A stretch of 64,000 bases of DNA from an uncultured Poribacteria bacterium (GCA_958296135.2 CATQHZ020000001.1:3456001-3520000), one strand, 5' to 3'. Shown: positions 40,680 to 51,217, counted from the stretch's first letter. Made by a program: numbers and translations. The notes: generated by a model from the sequence alone, not told the origin.

Positions 40680-41212
40680 GAACGATCGCGGCGGACAGGC
40701 CGCCGCGCTACGGTGAAATGCTCCCTCGTCCGTAGGGCGAGGTCCTGTGCCGCGCCGTGCATCGCGCGAACGATCTCTGGCGCGATGGTAAAAAGGGGCC
40801 TTTCTTGTCGCGTGGACGATCGCGGCGGACAGGCCGCCGCGCTACGGTGAAAAGGGGCCGTCGGTGAAAAGGGGCCCTTCGTCCGTAGGGCGAGGGCCTG
40901 TCCCTCGCCGTGCCTCGGTCTGAAGATAAAATCGGTTTTTCTGGGTGTTGGTGTTTTTTTGTTTTGCAGGTGAGATCGCGAGGGGAACCCTCGGCGATTA
41001 GTGATCGCCGGGCCCTCGCGCTACGGTGAAAAGGGGCCTCTTTCGCGCTACGGTGAAAAGGGGCCTCTTTCGCGCTACGGTGAAAGGGGCCTTTCTTGTC
41101 GCGTGGACGATCGCGAGGGACAGGCCCTCGCGCTACGGTGAAAAGGGGCCTCTTTCGCGCTACGGTGAAAAGGGTCTCTCTCGCGATCGCCGGGTTTTCC
41201 CTCGCCCTACGG
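40680..41212. repeat. BIME-like REP array (array D)
   Basis: Repeated CGCGCTACGGTGAAAAGGGGCC and GTAGGGCGAGG hairpins. Confidence 0.8.
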
Positions 41213-41342
41213 AAAAACACGCAAACGCTTCGCAAACGCGCGCCCCCTCTCCCCAAACCCCCTCTAGCCGCTTGACGAACCCTCCTCCTATAATCCTGGA
41301 AGTCCCGCTCCAAATGCAATAAAATCAGCACATATAAATTTC

Positions 41343-41371
41343 TTGACAATTTATCGCAACTCCTGTAAACT
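41343..41371 (+). promoter_or_regulatory. sigma70-like promoter for the ECF sigma operon
   Basis: TTGACA-N17-TAAACT. Confidence 0.6.
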
Positions 41372-41436
41372 TATTGGAAGTGCATCCGTTAAAAAAAACG
41401 TTGCTTGCATTTTATTTTTGTTACCCACAGGACGTT

Positions 41437-42018
41437 ATGGACTCATTGATTGATGATGAAACGCTCGTCGCTCAGTTTCAAGCAGGGCAACAAGATGCCT
41501 TTGATGAGTTGATGAGACGCTACAAATCCAAAATTTTCGCGTATCTACAGCGTTCCGTTGGGAATTATGAAGACGCGGAAGACCTCACCATCGATGTCTT
41601 TGTCAAGGTGTACCGTGCGCTTGACACATGGCAGCCGAAGGCGAAGTTTTCAACGTGGCTCTACAAAATCGCGGCGAATCTCGCGATCGACCATCATCGT
41701 GCTAAAGCGCGCAACCCTATCCAGCCGTGGGATGATGAAGAGATTCCTGAATCACGGCTCGCCGCAACAGATCTCGCGAGCAATCCGGTCAAATCGTTGG
41801 AAGAAAAAGAGCGCGGCCGCATCATTCGCGAAGCCGTAGACCAGCTATCACCGAAGCAAAAAGCGGTGTTTATGCTCTGCCGATACGAAGGCCTCCCGAT
41901 TAAAGAGGTTTCCGAAACGCTTGGAATTGCAGAAGGCACCGTCAAGATTCATCTCCATCGCGCCGTGAAACGGTTGCAGGACATACTTCGTCCGCTGTGG
42001 GAGAATAGAGACATCTAA
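41437..42018 (+). CDS. ECF RNA polymerase sigma factor
   Basis: AFDELMRRY, DAEDL, FSTWLYKIAAN..IDH and region 4 GTVKIHLHRA. Confidence 0.92.
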   Translation: MDSLIDDETLVAQFQAGQQDAFDELMRRYKSKIFAYLQRSVGNYEDAEDLTIDVFVKVYRALDTWQPKAKFSTWLYKIAANLAIDHHRAKARNPIQPWDDEEIPESRLAATDLASNPVKSLEEKERGRIIREAVDQLSPKQKAVFMLCRYEGLPIKEVSETLGIAEGTVKIHLHRAVKRLQDILRPLWENRDI

Positions 42019-42108
42019 TTCAAATCCAACGTCTGTAGTTTGGGCTCGGGCGAACTCAAACGGCAGACACGGAGAACTGAATCGCTCCAGGTTTTAGGAG
42101 GATGTTTG

Positions 42109-42720
42109 ATGCCAAAATGTAAAAAGTCCGAAGGACATGCCATCGACTATGTTTATACCCTTCTGCCGAAATCAGAAGTGGATACCTTTGAACAACATCT
42201 CAAGACGTGCGCCGATTGCACCGAAGAGGTTCAGAGCCTCACAACTGTGCTGCGTCTGACAGACGACGCGCAGGCAGAGGTAACGCTACCCGCACGCGCG
42301 CTACAAGACATTGAGATGAACGTCTACAAACGGCTTACCGCCGCGCAACCTGCGCGTTCGCGCGTCCGTTCCTGGAGTGCCATATTCACCCAAATGTGGG
42401 AGAGGCATCGCATCGCCGCAGTGGGTTCCCTGGCCACAGCACTCATCGCAATCGCTGTTTTCGTTAGCACCCCCTTCCAACCCGGAAAAACGGTGCAGTT
42501 AGACGCAGCCCAATCCGCGGATGCCCGGATGGAGCAATACAGACAGCAGGATATCCAACGCAGCTTAGAGGAGGCACTGATCACGCATCACCTCCGCAAC
42601 GACGCATGGGAGACAGCGAGCCAGTTCCAACGAATGAAGGAGCAGGCACAAGGCACGAATTGGGTGAAGGTGGCGAATACGCATCTGCAGAACCTCCCCG
42701 CCAACGTCGCAGGATACTAG
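42109..42720 (+). CDS. Anti-sigma factor (zf-HC2 / ZAS type) with one TM helix
   Basis: HLKTCADC (HxxxCxxC); TM segment IAAVGSLATALIAIAVFV; directly after the ECF sigma gene; AGGAGG RBS. Confidence 0.85.
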   Translation: MPKCKKSEGHAIDYVYTLLPKSEVDTFEQHLKTCADCTEEVQSLTTVLRLTDDAQAEVTLPARALQDIEMNVYKRLTAAQPARSRVRSWSAIFTQMWERHRIAAVGSLATALIAIAVFVSTPFQPGKTVQLDAAQSADARMEQYRQQDIQRSLEEALITHHLRNDAWETASQFQRMKEQAQGTNWVKVANTHLQNLPANVAGY

Positions 42721-42722
42721 CC

Positions 42723-43042
42723 GTAAACTACGCATCCCCCTGAAGGGGGGCGGGAAACTTTTGACCGCGGGTTCAGCCACGAAGTCGGGCAGCGTCGGTA
42801 TTCAGTCGCCATCCGGTGAGATACCGTGTCAGGACAGCATGCCAACGTGCGAACTAGAAGGAAAGAGCGGCACACTTCCCTGGTGTTCAAGCCGCCGATG
42901 TTGCGTGTGGATGGGGCAGCAGATACCCGCTCCGGCGGGAGTTAGCCCAGGGGACAGCTTAAGTCCCCCCTAACCTATAGGAGAAGAAACTGGCTGAGGT
43001 TTCCGCCAAGCAGCAAGGCTTGGGTTTCTTAAACTTTCTTAA
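42723..43042 (-). mobile_element. Putative non-autonomous IS200/IS605-family remnant with omegaRNA-like structured sequence
   Basis: Minus-strand 3' end CCCCTTCAGGGG hairpin followed by GTAGTTTAC resembles tnpB element right ends. A hairpin CCAAGC/GCTTGG lies near the other end, with several internal stems and no transposase ORF. Confidence 0.45.
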
Positions 43043-45061
43043 ATGAGCACACGAAAATCACTCGTTTTCTATCAGCGTTTGATGCGGCACTCTTGCCGCA
43101 AGAAGCGAATAGTGCACGCGCTGCTGATGTTCCTCTTCAGCATGACGCTGCTCACCGGCGCGCGCGCGCAATTTGACGAAGTCAACGCCTTAATTCAAGC
43201 AAAACGCTACCCAGAGGCAGTTACGAAACTGGAAGCACTTGCAAGGGCCGCTGTAAACGTCGACGCGCAAAGCTGGTGCTACTACCAGACCGGCGAAATC
43301 TACTACCACTACACGCAGCAGTACGTCAAAGCGGTGGCGGCTTACGACAACATCTTGAAACTTGAGAGAAAGGGACTTTCAACCGACGAACTCTTCCTCG
43401 CCGCCATTAAGAAGGGCGATGTCTACAGCCGAATGGGCAAATACGAGGAAGCAATCCAGACTTACCATACCCTCGTTGAATTGGCACCCGCAACGCATTT
43501 CGTGCATAAAACCGGCTTACAGAAAATTCGGGATATCCGCAACGCATTGGCTTCTCTCCACGTGCAACAGGAACTTGTCCGAACACACCACGGCACACCG
43601 CTCGCCGCCATCGCGCAATTTCAGATAGCCGAACTTTATCGCAATCCTTACCAACTCAATCGGCCAGAAAAGGCGATTGAGGCGTACGAGGGACTGCTGC
43701 AGGCGCACCCGGATGCCATCGTCGCGCCGGAAGCCCAATGGCGCATCGCGCATTTAAAGCACACCGCGCTCAATCAATTGCCATCGGCTATCGTCGCATA
43801 CCAGAAAGTCGCCGATACCTATCCTACCAGCAATTTCGCAGCGGAAGCACTTTACCAACTTGCAAACATCTATCGCACCTCCGGGGAGATAGCACAGGCA
43901 CTCCCCGTTTTCAAGACACTCCAACAGAAATATCCAAACTTCTGGAATATGCACGCCATCCTCTATTGGACCGGCGTGTGTCATGAAAAAAACAGGAACT
44001 ATCCAAAGGCGGTAGCGGCGTTCAAAACCTTCCTTCATGCCTATTTGCCACACCTTGAACCGGGCTATTTGGGCAAAATCTCCATGTATGACAAGAGCGT
44101 CGCCGAGGTGAAGGCATTCCTCCGTGCCAAGATTGAGAAACTTGAGGCGGAAATGTCCAAAGCAGAATCCGAACGGCTAGAGAAGGCAATCGCGGATGGC
44201 AACTTTAACGGGGCATTGACTATCGCTCGGAACCTCATCGCCACGGCCCCCAATACTGCTGACGCAGCGGCGGCCGCCGCACAACTCCATTCTATCGAAC
44301 ACCGCGCCGCCATCCAAAACCTGCGCGCGCAGATGCAGAACAACACGCTGCGCGATGCTGAAAACGCGAGGGCCCTGTTACAAATCGGCACCATCTATGA
44401 ACGGCAGTTGGCGGATTACCCGAAAGCGATTCAGGCATACCGAGAAGTGGCCGAGACATACGCCGAATTGCCTCACGCCGCTGAGGCACTCTATCGCACC
44501 GGGCTCGTTTATGCCGAACAACTCGCCGCACCCAACGAAGCACTAGCGGCTTACGAAAAGGTTATTCAGCAACACCCACACACGCTGCAGGCGATGATGG
44601 CAAACTTTCAGTTGGGCGAACTCTACAGAAAACTGCACCGCTACCCAGAAGCACTGCAGGCATACCAGACGACAATCGCGTATCCTGAGCGCGACCGGTA
44701 TCTCGCCGGCGGGTATAAGGATAGTTTCGCGGATCGCGCTCAATTTCGCATCGGCCGCGTCCACTACGATGACAGGCATTACCCAAAAGCGCGCTTCGCT
44801 TTCGAGGAGTTTATCCAGATTCGGCCACAGTCACCACGACTCGCCGCCGCTTATATTTACCTCGCCGTTATCCATCAAGAGCAAAATGAAAAGGGACTCG
44901 CAGTGACATCTTACGAAAAAGCAAAGGGACTGCTCACAAACAACCCCGTGCAAATGGCAATGCTCATTGACGAAGCGGGCACCCTCGGCTTCCAAGCCAC
45001 CGACGCGGCGGCGGTGACGCGTTTCCTTGATGAACAGTTGAAACGCCTTAATGATAAGTAG
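43043..45061 (+). CDS. Secreted multi-TPR protein (BamD/YfiO-like repeats); start uncertain
   Basis: Signal-like LLMFLFSMTLLTGARA and many A..AY...YP...A.EA repeats. Confidence 0.85.
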   Translation: MSTRKSLVFYQRLMRHSCRKKRIVHALLMFLFSMTLLTGARAQFDEVNALIQAKRYPEAVTKLEALARAAVNVDAQSWCYYQTGEIYYHYTQQYVKAVAAYDNILKLERKGLSTDELFLAAIKKGDVYSRMGKYEEAIQTYHTLVELAPATHFVHKTGLQKIRDIRNALASLHVQQELVRTHHGTPLAAIAQFQIAELYRNPYQLNRPEKAIEAYEGLLQAHPDAIVAPEAQWRIAHLKHTALNQLPSAIVAYQKVADTYPTSNFAAEALYQLANIYRTSGEIAQALPVFKTLQQKYPNFWNMHAILYWTGVCHEKNRNYPKAVAAFKTFLHAYLPHLEPGYLGKISMYDKSVAEVKAFLRAKIEKLEAEMSKAESERLEKAIADGNFNGALTIARNLIATAPNTADAAAAAAQLHSIEHRAAIQNLRAQMQNNTLRDAENARALLQIGTIYERQLADYPKAIQAYREVAETYAELPHAAEALYRTGLVYAEQLAAPNEALAAYEKVIQQHPHTLQAMMANFQLGELYRKLHRYPEALQAYQTTIAYPERDRYLAGGYKDSFADRAQFRIGRVHYDDRHYPKARFAFEEFIQIRPQSPRLAAAYIYLAVIHQEQNEKGLAVTSYEKAKGLLTNNPVQMAMLIDEAGTLGFQATDAAAVTRFLDEQLKRLNDK

Positions 45062-45091
45062 GGGGCGACAAGTAGGGGGCGACAAGTAGGG
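45056..45091. repeat. 14-bp tandem repeat AAGTAGGGGGCGAC (about 2.5 copies) overlapping the TPR gene stop
   Basis: Read directly from the sequence. Confidence 0.7.
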
Positions 45092-45223
45092 TGTCTTAGC
45101 GCAAACCGTTCCTCAGCCGCATGCGCCGCTGTTGCATGCTAATTCCCTGGTGGCATTTCTTTAAAACTTAACATCAAAAACGTAGTCATTGACAACGTCA
45201 ATGACAGATATACGGAGGAAGAC

Positions 45224-46132
45224 GTGATTGCACCAGAACCGTTATCAAACGCATTGCGAAAGACAGAAAACGTGTCAGCGACGCTCCTGAACGGCACTCT
45301 TCTCGCAAAGCGCATCCGCAGCCAGATTCGCAGCAAACTGAAAAAACTCACGTTCACCCCGGGCCTCGCCGTCGTGCAAGTCGGCGAAGACCCGGCATCT
45401 ACCATCTATATCAGACACAAACAGCGCGATTGTGAGAAGGTGCATTTCCATTCAGAAGTCCATCGTTTGCCGGCGGAGATTACCCAAGAGCGGCTCATTC
45501 AGCACGTCGAAGGCCTCAACGCCCGGCAGGATATTCACGGCATACTGGTGCAAATGCCGCTGCCCGATAGCATAGCGGCACAGCCGGTCATCGATGCCAT
45601 CGCGCCCGATAAAGATGCCGATGGCCTCACGCCTGTCAATTTAGGAAATTTGCTCATCAACCGGGAAAGGATTACGCCATGCACCCCAGCCGGGATTATT
45701 CATCTCATTGAATCTACAGGAAAGCCGGTCGCCGGTAAACAAGCAGTTTGTGTCGGTAGGAGTCAACTCGTCGGGAAGCCGGTCGGCTTGATGCTCCTCA
45801 ATCGCCACGCCACTGTCACCTATTGCCATTCACGGACAAAAAATCTGACAGAGGTGACACAATCCGCAGACATCCTCGTTGTTGCTGTCGGCAAACCTGA
45901 AATTGTCACCGCCGACATGGTGAAGCCGGGCGCGCTCGTCATTGATGTCGGCATTAACGCCATCGGACATCGCCTCGTCGGCGATGTCAAATTTGACGAA
46001 GTGAAAGAAGTCGCCGGGTTTATCACGCCGGTACCGGGCGGTGTCGGCCCGATGACTCGCGCAATGTTATTAGAAAACACGTTGAAATTAGCAAGGGCGC
46101 GCTCCCAAAGCGCGCCGAACCGAAGTATTTAA
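45224..46132 (+). CDS. folD: Bifunctional methylenetetrahydrofolate dehydrogenase/cyclohydrolase
   Basis: VGEDPAS..Y...K, GILVQMPLP, KDADG, PCTP, VGRS.LVGKP and ITPVPGGVGPMT. Confidence 0.96.
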   Translation: MIAPEPLSNALRKTENVSATLLNGTLLAKRIRSQIRSKLKKLTFTPGLAVVQVGEDPASTIYIRHKQRDCEKVHFHSEVHRLPAEITQERLIQHVEGLNARQDIHGILVQMPLPDSIAAQPVIDAIAPDKDADGLTPVNLGNLLINRERITPCTPAGIIHLIESTGKPVAGKQAVCVGRSQLVGKPVGLMLLNRHATVTYCHSRTKNLTEVTQSADILVVAVGKPEIVTADMVKPGALVIDVGINAIGHRLVGDVKFDEVKEVAGFITPVPGGVGPMTRAMLLENTLKLARARSQSAPNRSI

Positions 46133-46191
46133 GAATCTACCGGTAGGCGCAGTTTCTCACCGCGCACCACTACCGAAAAATGAGGACGATT

Positions 46192-46956
46192 ATGGCATTT
46201 CCAGGATTTGAATTGAAGGATAAGGTGATGTTAATCACTGGCTCCGGCAAAGGCATCGGCAGAGGCATCGCCCTCGCCGCAGCGCAGATGGGCGCGAAGG
46301 TTATCTTGAATAGCCGAACTCTCGCAGACTTGGAAGAAGTCGCCGGGGAGATTCACACGAACGGCGGCGAAGCGGAACCTGTGGTGTTTGATGTGAGCAA
46401 AATGGACGAGCTTGCGCGCGGCGCACAAGCCGCTATTGACGTATGGGGACGCATTGATATCCTCGTCAACAATGCGGGGACTAACCGCCCTAAACCTGCG
46501 CTTGAACTCAGCGAGGAAGATTGGGATGCAATCTATGATCTCAATCTCAAAGGGTTGTTCTTTTTGACGCAGACGCTGGTGAAACCGATGATAGCGCGGA
46601 AGAACGGGAAGATTATCAACATCTCCTCAACGATGGGATTGGTAGGCGGGCCGCTGCGCACGGCGTATTCGGGCAGTAAGGGCGGCGTTGTGCTATTAAC
46701 CAAAGGGCTCGCCGTGGAGTGGGCACCGCATAACGTCACCGTGAATGCCGTAGCACCGGCGTTCACTCGCACGCCGCTCGCAGATGTCCTCTTGCAACGC
46801 AAGGAATTTTATGAGGATGTCGTCCGCCGCATCCCGATGGGCCGCGTCGGCGAAGTCGACGAAGTCGTCGGGGCTGTCCTATTTTTAGCATCGGAAGCGG
46901 CAAACTGGGTAACAGGGCAAACCATTGCGGTTGACGGCGGTTGGGTGGCGTGGTAG
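46192..46956 (+). CDS. SDR family oxidoreductase (gluconate 5-dehydrogenase-like)
   Basis: TGSGKGIG, NNAG, YSGSK and VDGG. Confidence 0.92.
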   Translation: MAFPGFELKDKVMLITGSGKGIGRGIALAAAQMGAKVILNSRTLADLEEVAGEIHTNGGEAEPVVFDVSKMDELARGAQAAIDVWGRIDILVNNAGTNRPKPALELSEEDWDAIYDLNLKGLFFLTQTLVKPMIARKNGKIINISSTMGLVGGPLRTAYSGSKGGVVLLTKGLAVEWAPHNVTVNAVAPAFTRTPLADVLLQRKEFYEDVVRRIPMGRVGEVDEVVGAVLFLASEAANWVTGQTIAVDGGWVAW

Positions 46957-47341
46957 TTAGGCTCGTAGGGCGAGGGCCTGGTCCTCATTAGGCAGCATTC
47001 GTCCCTTTCACCGGAGGGCGAGGGAAAACCCGGCGAGCGCGAATCGCCGAGGGGAACCCTCGCCATCTTTCGACCGGGTCGAAAAATACCCGAGGCCCAA
47101 GGGCAGAAAACGTTTGATTTGTCTCCCTTCTGTAGGGAAACCAGCTCGCCTGAGCTTGACCTGTTGGGCCGGGCGGTAGACGGGCCCGAACTACAGAGCG
47201 GAATCGCGTGTAAGATTTTCGCGCCGAAAGGTCTTTTTCTTGGCAATCCCGAAAAAAAGTGGTATCCTATTAAAGAATACCCAAGTGATGTGCCAATAAG
47301 GCACATAAATAGAAACGTCCACAAATTTAGGAGACAGAAAA

Positions 47342-49234
47342 ATGAAACGCTTTTTTGTTTTTGCAAGCCTTGCCCTCGCGCTGCTATTTCAATTCGGCTG
47401 CGCCACGGATGAACAACCCGAAATCCCGACAACCGCCGATTCATCGGTTATCAGCGCGCCACCGTTCGCAGGCGACGTTCACCTAGAAGATATGTCCGAG
47501 GACGAGGTGAGGGCTCTCTCGCAAAAAACACCCCTCGAAATGATTACCGTGCTGGAAGGCACAGCCAAAGTCAAACTTCAGGTGCGGTTCCGCGGGTTGC
47601 GAGATATCGGCTTAGGCTTCCCGGTCTACGAGTGTGAATTCATCGATCCTTCGGCAGATGCCTTAGGCGGTGTCTCCGCGGGAATGTCTGGAAGTCCAGT
47701 CGGCCCACCGGGGCGTGTCATGGGCGCGCTCGCTTATGGCCGCGGTTTCGCTAAAGCACCCTATCCGTTCTTAGTCACGCCGATTGACGCGATGAAGGCC
47801 GCGATCGACCATCGTACGCTGGGGGAATTCTTGGAAGAAGCTCCTGCTGCACCGATGCACAGTCTCTACGCGCCGGTAAAAACACCGGTGATGGTTAGCG
47901 GCATTCAGGCGCACCGCCTCCGAGAAATCTCGACGTATCTGGAAGGTAGCGCATTCGATTTTGTTGAATTCCATGCCACCTTTGATGGCGCGCCCGCCGC
48001 ACCGCCTGCTGGTTTCTCACCGCAACTTTCCGCAGGCGATATGATCGGTGTCGCACTCGTCACGGGCGATGTTACGAACGTCATCGGCTTCGGCACCGTC
48101 ACGCAGGTCTACGGCGATAAATTCGTGGCATTCGGGCACCCGATGTCTACCACGGGGTACGCTGCACTACCTGTCTACAAGGCCGGCGTTCGTGGCATCG
48201 AGACGAGCCTACAGTCATCAGCGAAATCCTCATACGCCATCGGCAACCCCATCGGCACCATAACCAAAGATCTCACGCCAACGATTGTCGGAGAGTTGGG
48301 GCCGGGGCCGGAAACCATTCCTGTAACGATTGTCTATCACCCTGTTAACAACAGTGCCATAGAGACACATCACGCTGTCGCTTACGGCAACGAACAACTC
48401 ATTGCAATCACTGTAGCAACTACCATTGACGCATTACGGATGGAGCGCAGCCCCGGCACGACAGAAGGCACTGTAACGCTTGCCTTTAAAGAGAGTGACA
48501 GCGTTTATACCGAGTCGTTCCGGATTGCGTCGGCCAATCCATTTAAGGAGGTGGTAGACACAGTGACTGCCATTGGCGCATCCTTCACAGACCTGCTTAC
48601 CAATAGCACCGGCAAGGCTACACTGAAATCGGTGTCCATCACTGTTACGGACAGACCACAGATTGTCCAAGCCGCAATCGATGAGATTATCGTTCCCGAT
48701 GAAATCACTTCGGGTGAGAGTGTCAACGTCACGGTAGTCTTGCTACCACATTGGAGTGTCGCGCCTGATGATGGCCGGACGATACAGAGAGACGTTGTGC
48801 TTGAAATCCCCGAGGGTTTCCCGGTGGGAGAGGCAACTATTACCGTTTCTGCCGCTGCAGGAGGGGGAACTCCCGAAGGCATTCCGCCTGAAGCCTTAGG
48901 GCAAGGACCGCCGCCGAATCCAGGCATTGGCTTCGATTTAGGTGAGCCAGCGGAACCTGCCCCTAAGAATTTGGACGAACTCATTGCGCAAAAGCTGGAA
49001 GAGCAAGTCGATCCCGGGTTAATCACGGTGACGCTGATGCCAGCAGGTTTCGGTCCAAACGTACCGCCGGTACCAGAGGAGGCTGCGCTGCCGCCACAAA
49101 ACGCGCCACCGCCCCTGCCTGTCGATATGGAGGAACTGCCGGATGTCGGGACTGAACTTGTGATTGATGGTTTTATCGTGACAGGCTCTCAAAGCGCGCC
49201 GATCATGATTTTACCGGCAGCGGATGGCGAATAA
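47342..49234 (+). CDS. SpoIVB/peptidase S55 domain lipoprotein with Pro-rich C-terminus
   Basis: Lipobox-like LLFQFGC; GMSGSPV, GALAYG and AFGHPM. Confidence 0.82.
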   Translation: MKRFFVFASLALALLFQFGCATDEQPEIPTTADSSVISAPPFAGDVHLEDMSEDEVRALSQKTPLEMITVLEGTAKVKLQVRFRGLRDIGLGFPVYECEFIDPSADALGGVSAGMSGSPVGPPGRVMGALAYGRGFAKAPYPFLVTPIDAMKAAIDHRTLGEFLEEAPAAPMHSLYAPVKTPVMVSGIQAHRLREISTYLEGSAFDFVEFHATFDGAPAAPPAGFSPQLSAGDMIGVALVTGDVTNVIGFGTVTQVYGDKFVAFGHPMSTTGYAALPVYKAGVRGIETSLQSSAKSSYAIGNPIGTITKDLTPTIVGELGPGPETIPVTIVYHPVNNSAIETHHAVAYGNEQLIAITVATTIDALRMERSPGTTEGTVTLAFKESDSVYTESFRIASANPFKEVVDTVTAIGASFTDLLTNSTGKATLKSVSITVTDRPQIVQAAIDEIIVPDEITSGESVNVTVVLLPHWSVAPDDGRTIQRDVVLEIPEGFPVGEATITVSAAAGGGTPEGIPPEALGQGPPPNPGIGFDLGEPAEPAPKNLDELIAQKLEEQVDPGLITVTLMPAGFGPNVPPVPEEAALPPQNAPPPLPVDMEELPDVGTELVIDGFIVTGSQSAPIMILPAADGE

Positions 49235-49289
49235 ATATGTCAGGGCGGATGTCGTTAATTATCCGCCCTTTTCCATTTTTCTCTCTGAA

Positions 49290-49800
49290 TCCTCGCCAGG
49301 CACCGGTCGTCACAGAAACCGTCCTTAGGCACCTCAGCCAAGGACGATTCTCGCATAAGTCGGGAGATCGCGGGGGACAGGCCCCCGCGCTACGGGCAAA
49401 GAAGGCGGTTTTCTTCGCGAGCGCGGGGGACAGTGGACATCTCTGCAGCGAGGCTGCAGAAAGGACAACGTTTCGGCGTAACGGCCCTCGCGCTACGGGC
49501 AAAGAAGGCGGTTTTCTTCGCGAGCGCGAGGGATAGTGGACATCTCTGCAGCGAGGCGGCAGAGAGGACAACGTTTCGGCGTAACGGCCCTCGCGCTACG
49601 GGCAAAGAAGGCGGTTTTCTTCGGAATCGCGGGGGACAGGCCCCCGCGCTACGGCTAAGTCCCGCTCCTGCCACCGTAGGGCGAGGGCCTGTCCCTCGCC
49701 ATGCACCGGTCGTCACAGAAACCGTCCGCGGCTTCTGGGCTGCGGACGTTTTTCGTGTCGGTCGAGAGATCGCGGGGGACAGGCCCCCGCGCTATGATGC
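49290..49800. repeat. REP array (array E) containing two tandem 50-bp mini-elements at 49433-49482 and 49536-49585
   Basis: Repeated CGCGCTACGGGCAAAGAAGGCGGTTTTCTTCG spacers and REP hairpins with and without the insert. Confidence 0.8.
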
Positions 49801-49854
49801 GGCGGTAGGTTTCGCCGGGGACGCAGCACCGCGCTACGCTCAAAGAAGCGAATT

Positions 49855-50931
49855 TCATTTCCCTTCCATATAACACCGCACAATATCAATAATCAGCGCG
49901 ATGTCATGCCGAGCCGATTCCAAGGACGTATAACACGCCGCGCCTTCAGTGATACACTCGTGGAAATGCCGCAACTCCCGCACGAACGCGCTCTCCCATT
50001 CCACCGCAGGATTTTTGCTATAGGTTACCCCATCCGCATCGATGCCGTGTATCGTCACCTCCGACAGAATGCCGCGCGAGAAGCCAGTGGGATAGGAGAC
50101 CAGCACCCGTTTGTCATCGCCGTAAATCTCCAACGTCTCTTTGAAGTCCCACAGGTCAGGTAGATCTACCCAGGTCGCGATGCAGCGCGCCCCGTTCGGA
50201 TACGCAAACACGATGCTCACGCCGCGGCCATCAGCCCAGACTTCCGCGCTCACCACCTCACTCGGCGAACCGAGCATCACGCGCAGGCTATAGATGTCAT
50301 GAATCATGCTGCCGGCCAGCAAGAAGAAAGCGCGTTGGGCATCCGGGGATATCTCACCAATTGCTTGGGCGAGTGCCTTTTCGCGCGCCGCGCCCGCAGG
50401 TTTAAACGCCTCCGGCGGCACATCGTTGAACCGCTCCACGTCAAACTGACTCAAGTGCAAACTATTGTTCGGATGCAGGTGGTTAATCTGAACGAAGCGA
50501 TAACTCTTCATGGTATCCACTTCGCGCTTGGCAAGTTGAAAGGCAGGATCATGCACTTTCATATAGCCTGCCTGCGCAACGGTGCCAGCCTTCCGTTGGG
50601 CAGCGAGCATTGCATCCATCTCTTCAAGCGAAAAGCAGACCGGTTTCTCAATGAAGACATGTTTTCCTGCCTCAAACGCGGCGAGTGCTACTTCTGTCTT
50701 CGGGTCCCCGTGGCAGAGCAGCACTGCCTCTACGTCTGTTTTGAGCAATTCGGTGTAATCTGTGACGAAGTCGGGGATATGGAATCGCTGCGCCACTGCC
50801 TTCGCCGCACCGGGCGACAGGTCACAGACAATCGGCACCTCAAATTCACGATGTAGTTCAGCAAGGTTGGGAAGGTGTTGGACCTGCGCAATCGCTCCAC
50901 ACCCGATAATCCCAATACGGACACGGCTCAT
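49855..50931 (-). CDS. Gfo/Idh/MocA family oxidoreductase
   Basis: IGCGAIAQ and GKHVFIEKP. Confidence 0.9.
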   Translation of the reverse strand: MSRVRIGIIGCGAIAQVQHLPNLAELHREFEVPIVCDLSPGAAKAVAQRFHIPDFVTDYTELLKTDVEAVLLCHGDPKTEVALAAFEAGKHVFIEKPVCFSLEEMDAMLAAQRKAGTVAQAGYMKVHDPAFQLAKREVDTMKSYRFVQINHLHPNNSLHLSQFDVERFNDVPPEAFKPAGAAREKALAQAIGEISPDAQRAFFLLAGSMIHDIYSLRVMLGSPSEVVSAEVWADGRGVSIVFAYPNGARCIATWVDLPDLWDFKETLEIYGDDKRVLVSYPTGFSRGILSEVTIHGIDADGVTYSKNPAVEWESAFVRELRHFHECITEGAACYTSLESARHDIALIIDIVRCYMEGK

Positions 50932-51012
50932 AGTTTCTAACCTCTAGCAAATCATCTTGATTCTGTGTGCCTATCGTATCATATCCATGAAATTGATGCA
51001 ATTTTTCCACCG

Positions 51013-51071
51013 GTAGGAGGGACATCCTTGTCCCGATTCGGTATGCATCGAGACCGGGAGGTCTCTCCTAC
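51013..51071. repeat. Isolated inverted REP doublet
   Basis: GTAGGAGGGACATCCTTGTCCC ... GAGACCGGGAGGTCTCTCCTAC. Confidence 0.7.
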
Positions 51072-51217
51072 GGGTGGGGTTTCGCTGCACCCGAATTACC
51101 CGTTTATTTCTTCAAACCTCATCCGGTCTTGACTTACAACGCAGCCGATTTTCATTGACAACGAAACCGAAATCTTGCATAATAATGGAAACAGACACTC
51201 TTCCGGAGGCAGTAGAT

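Noticed and set aside
45095-45223. THF or ZTP riboswitch upstream of folD
   Set aside because: I could not recognise the consensus of either class.
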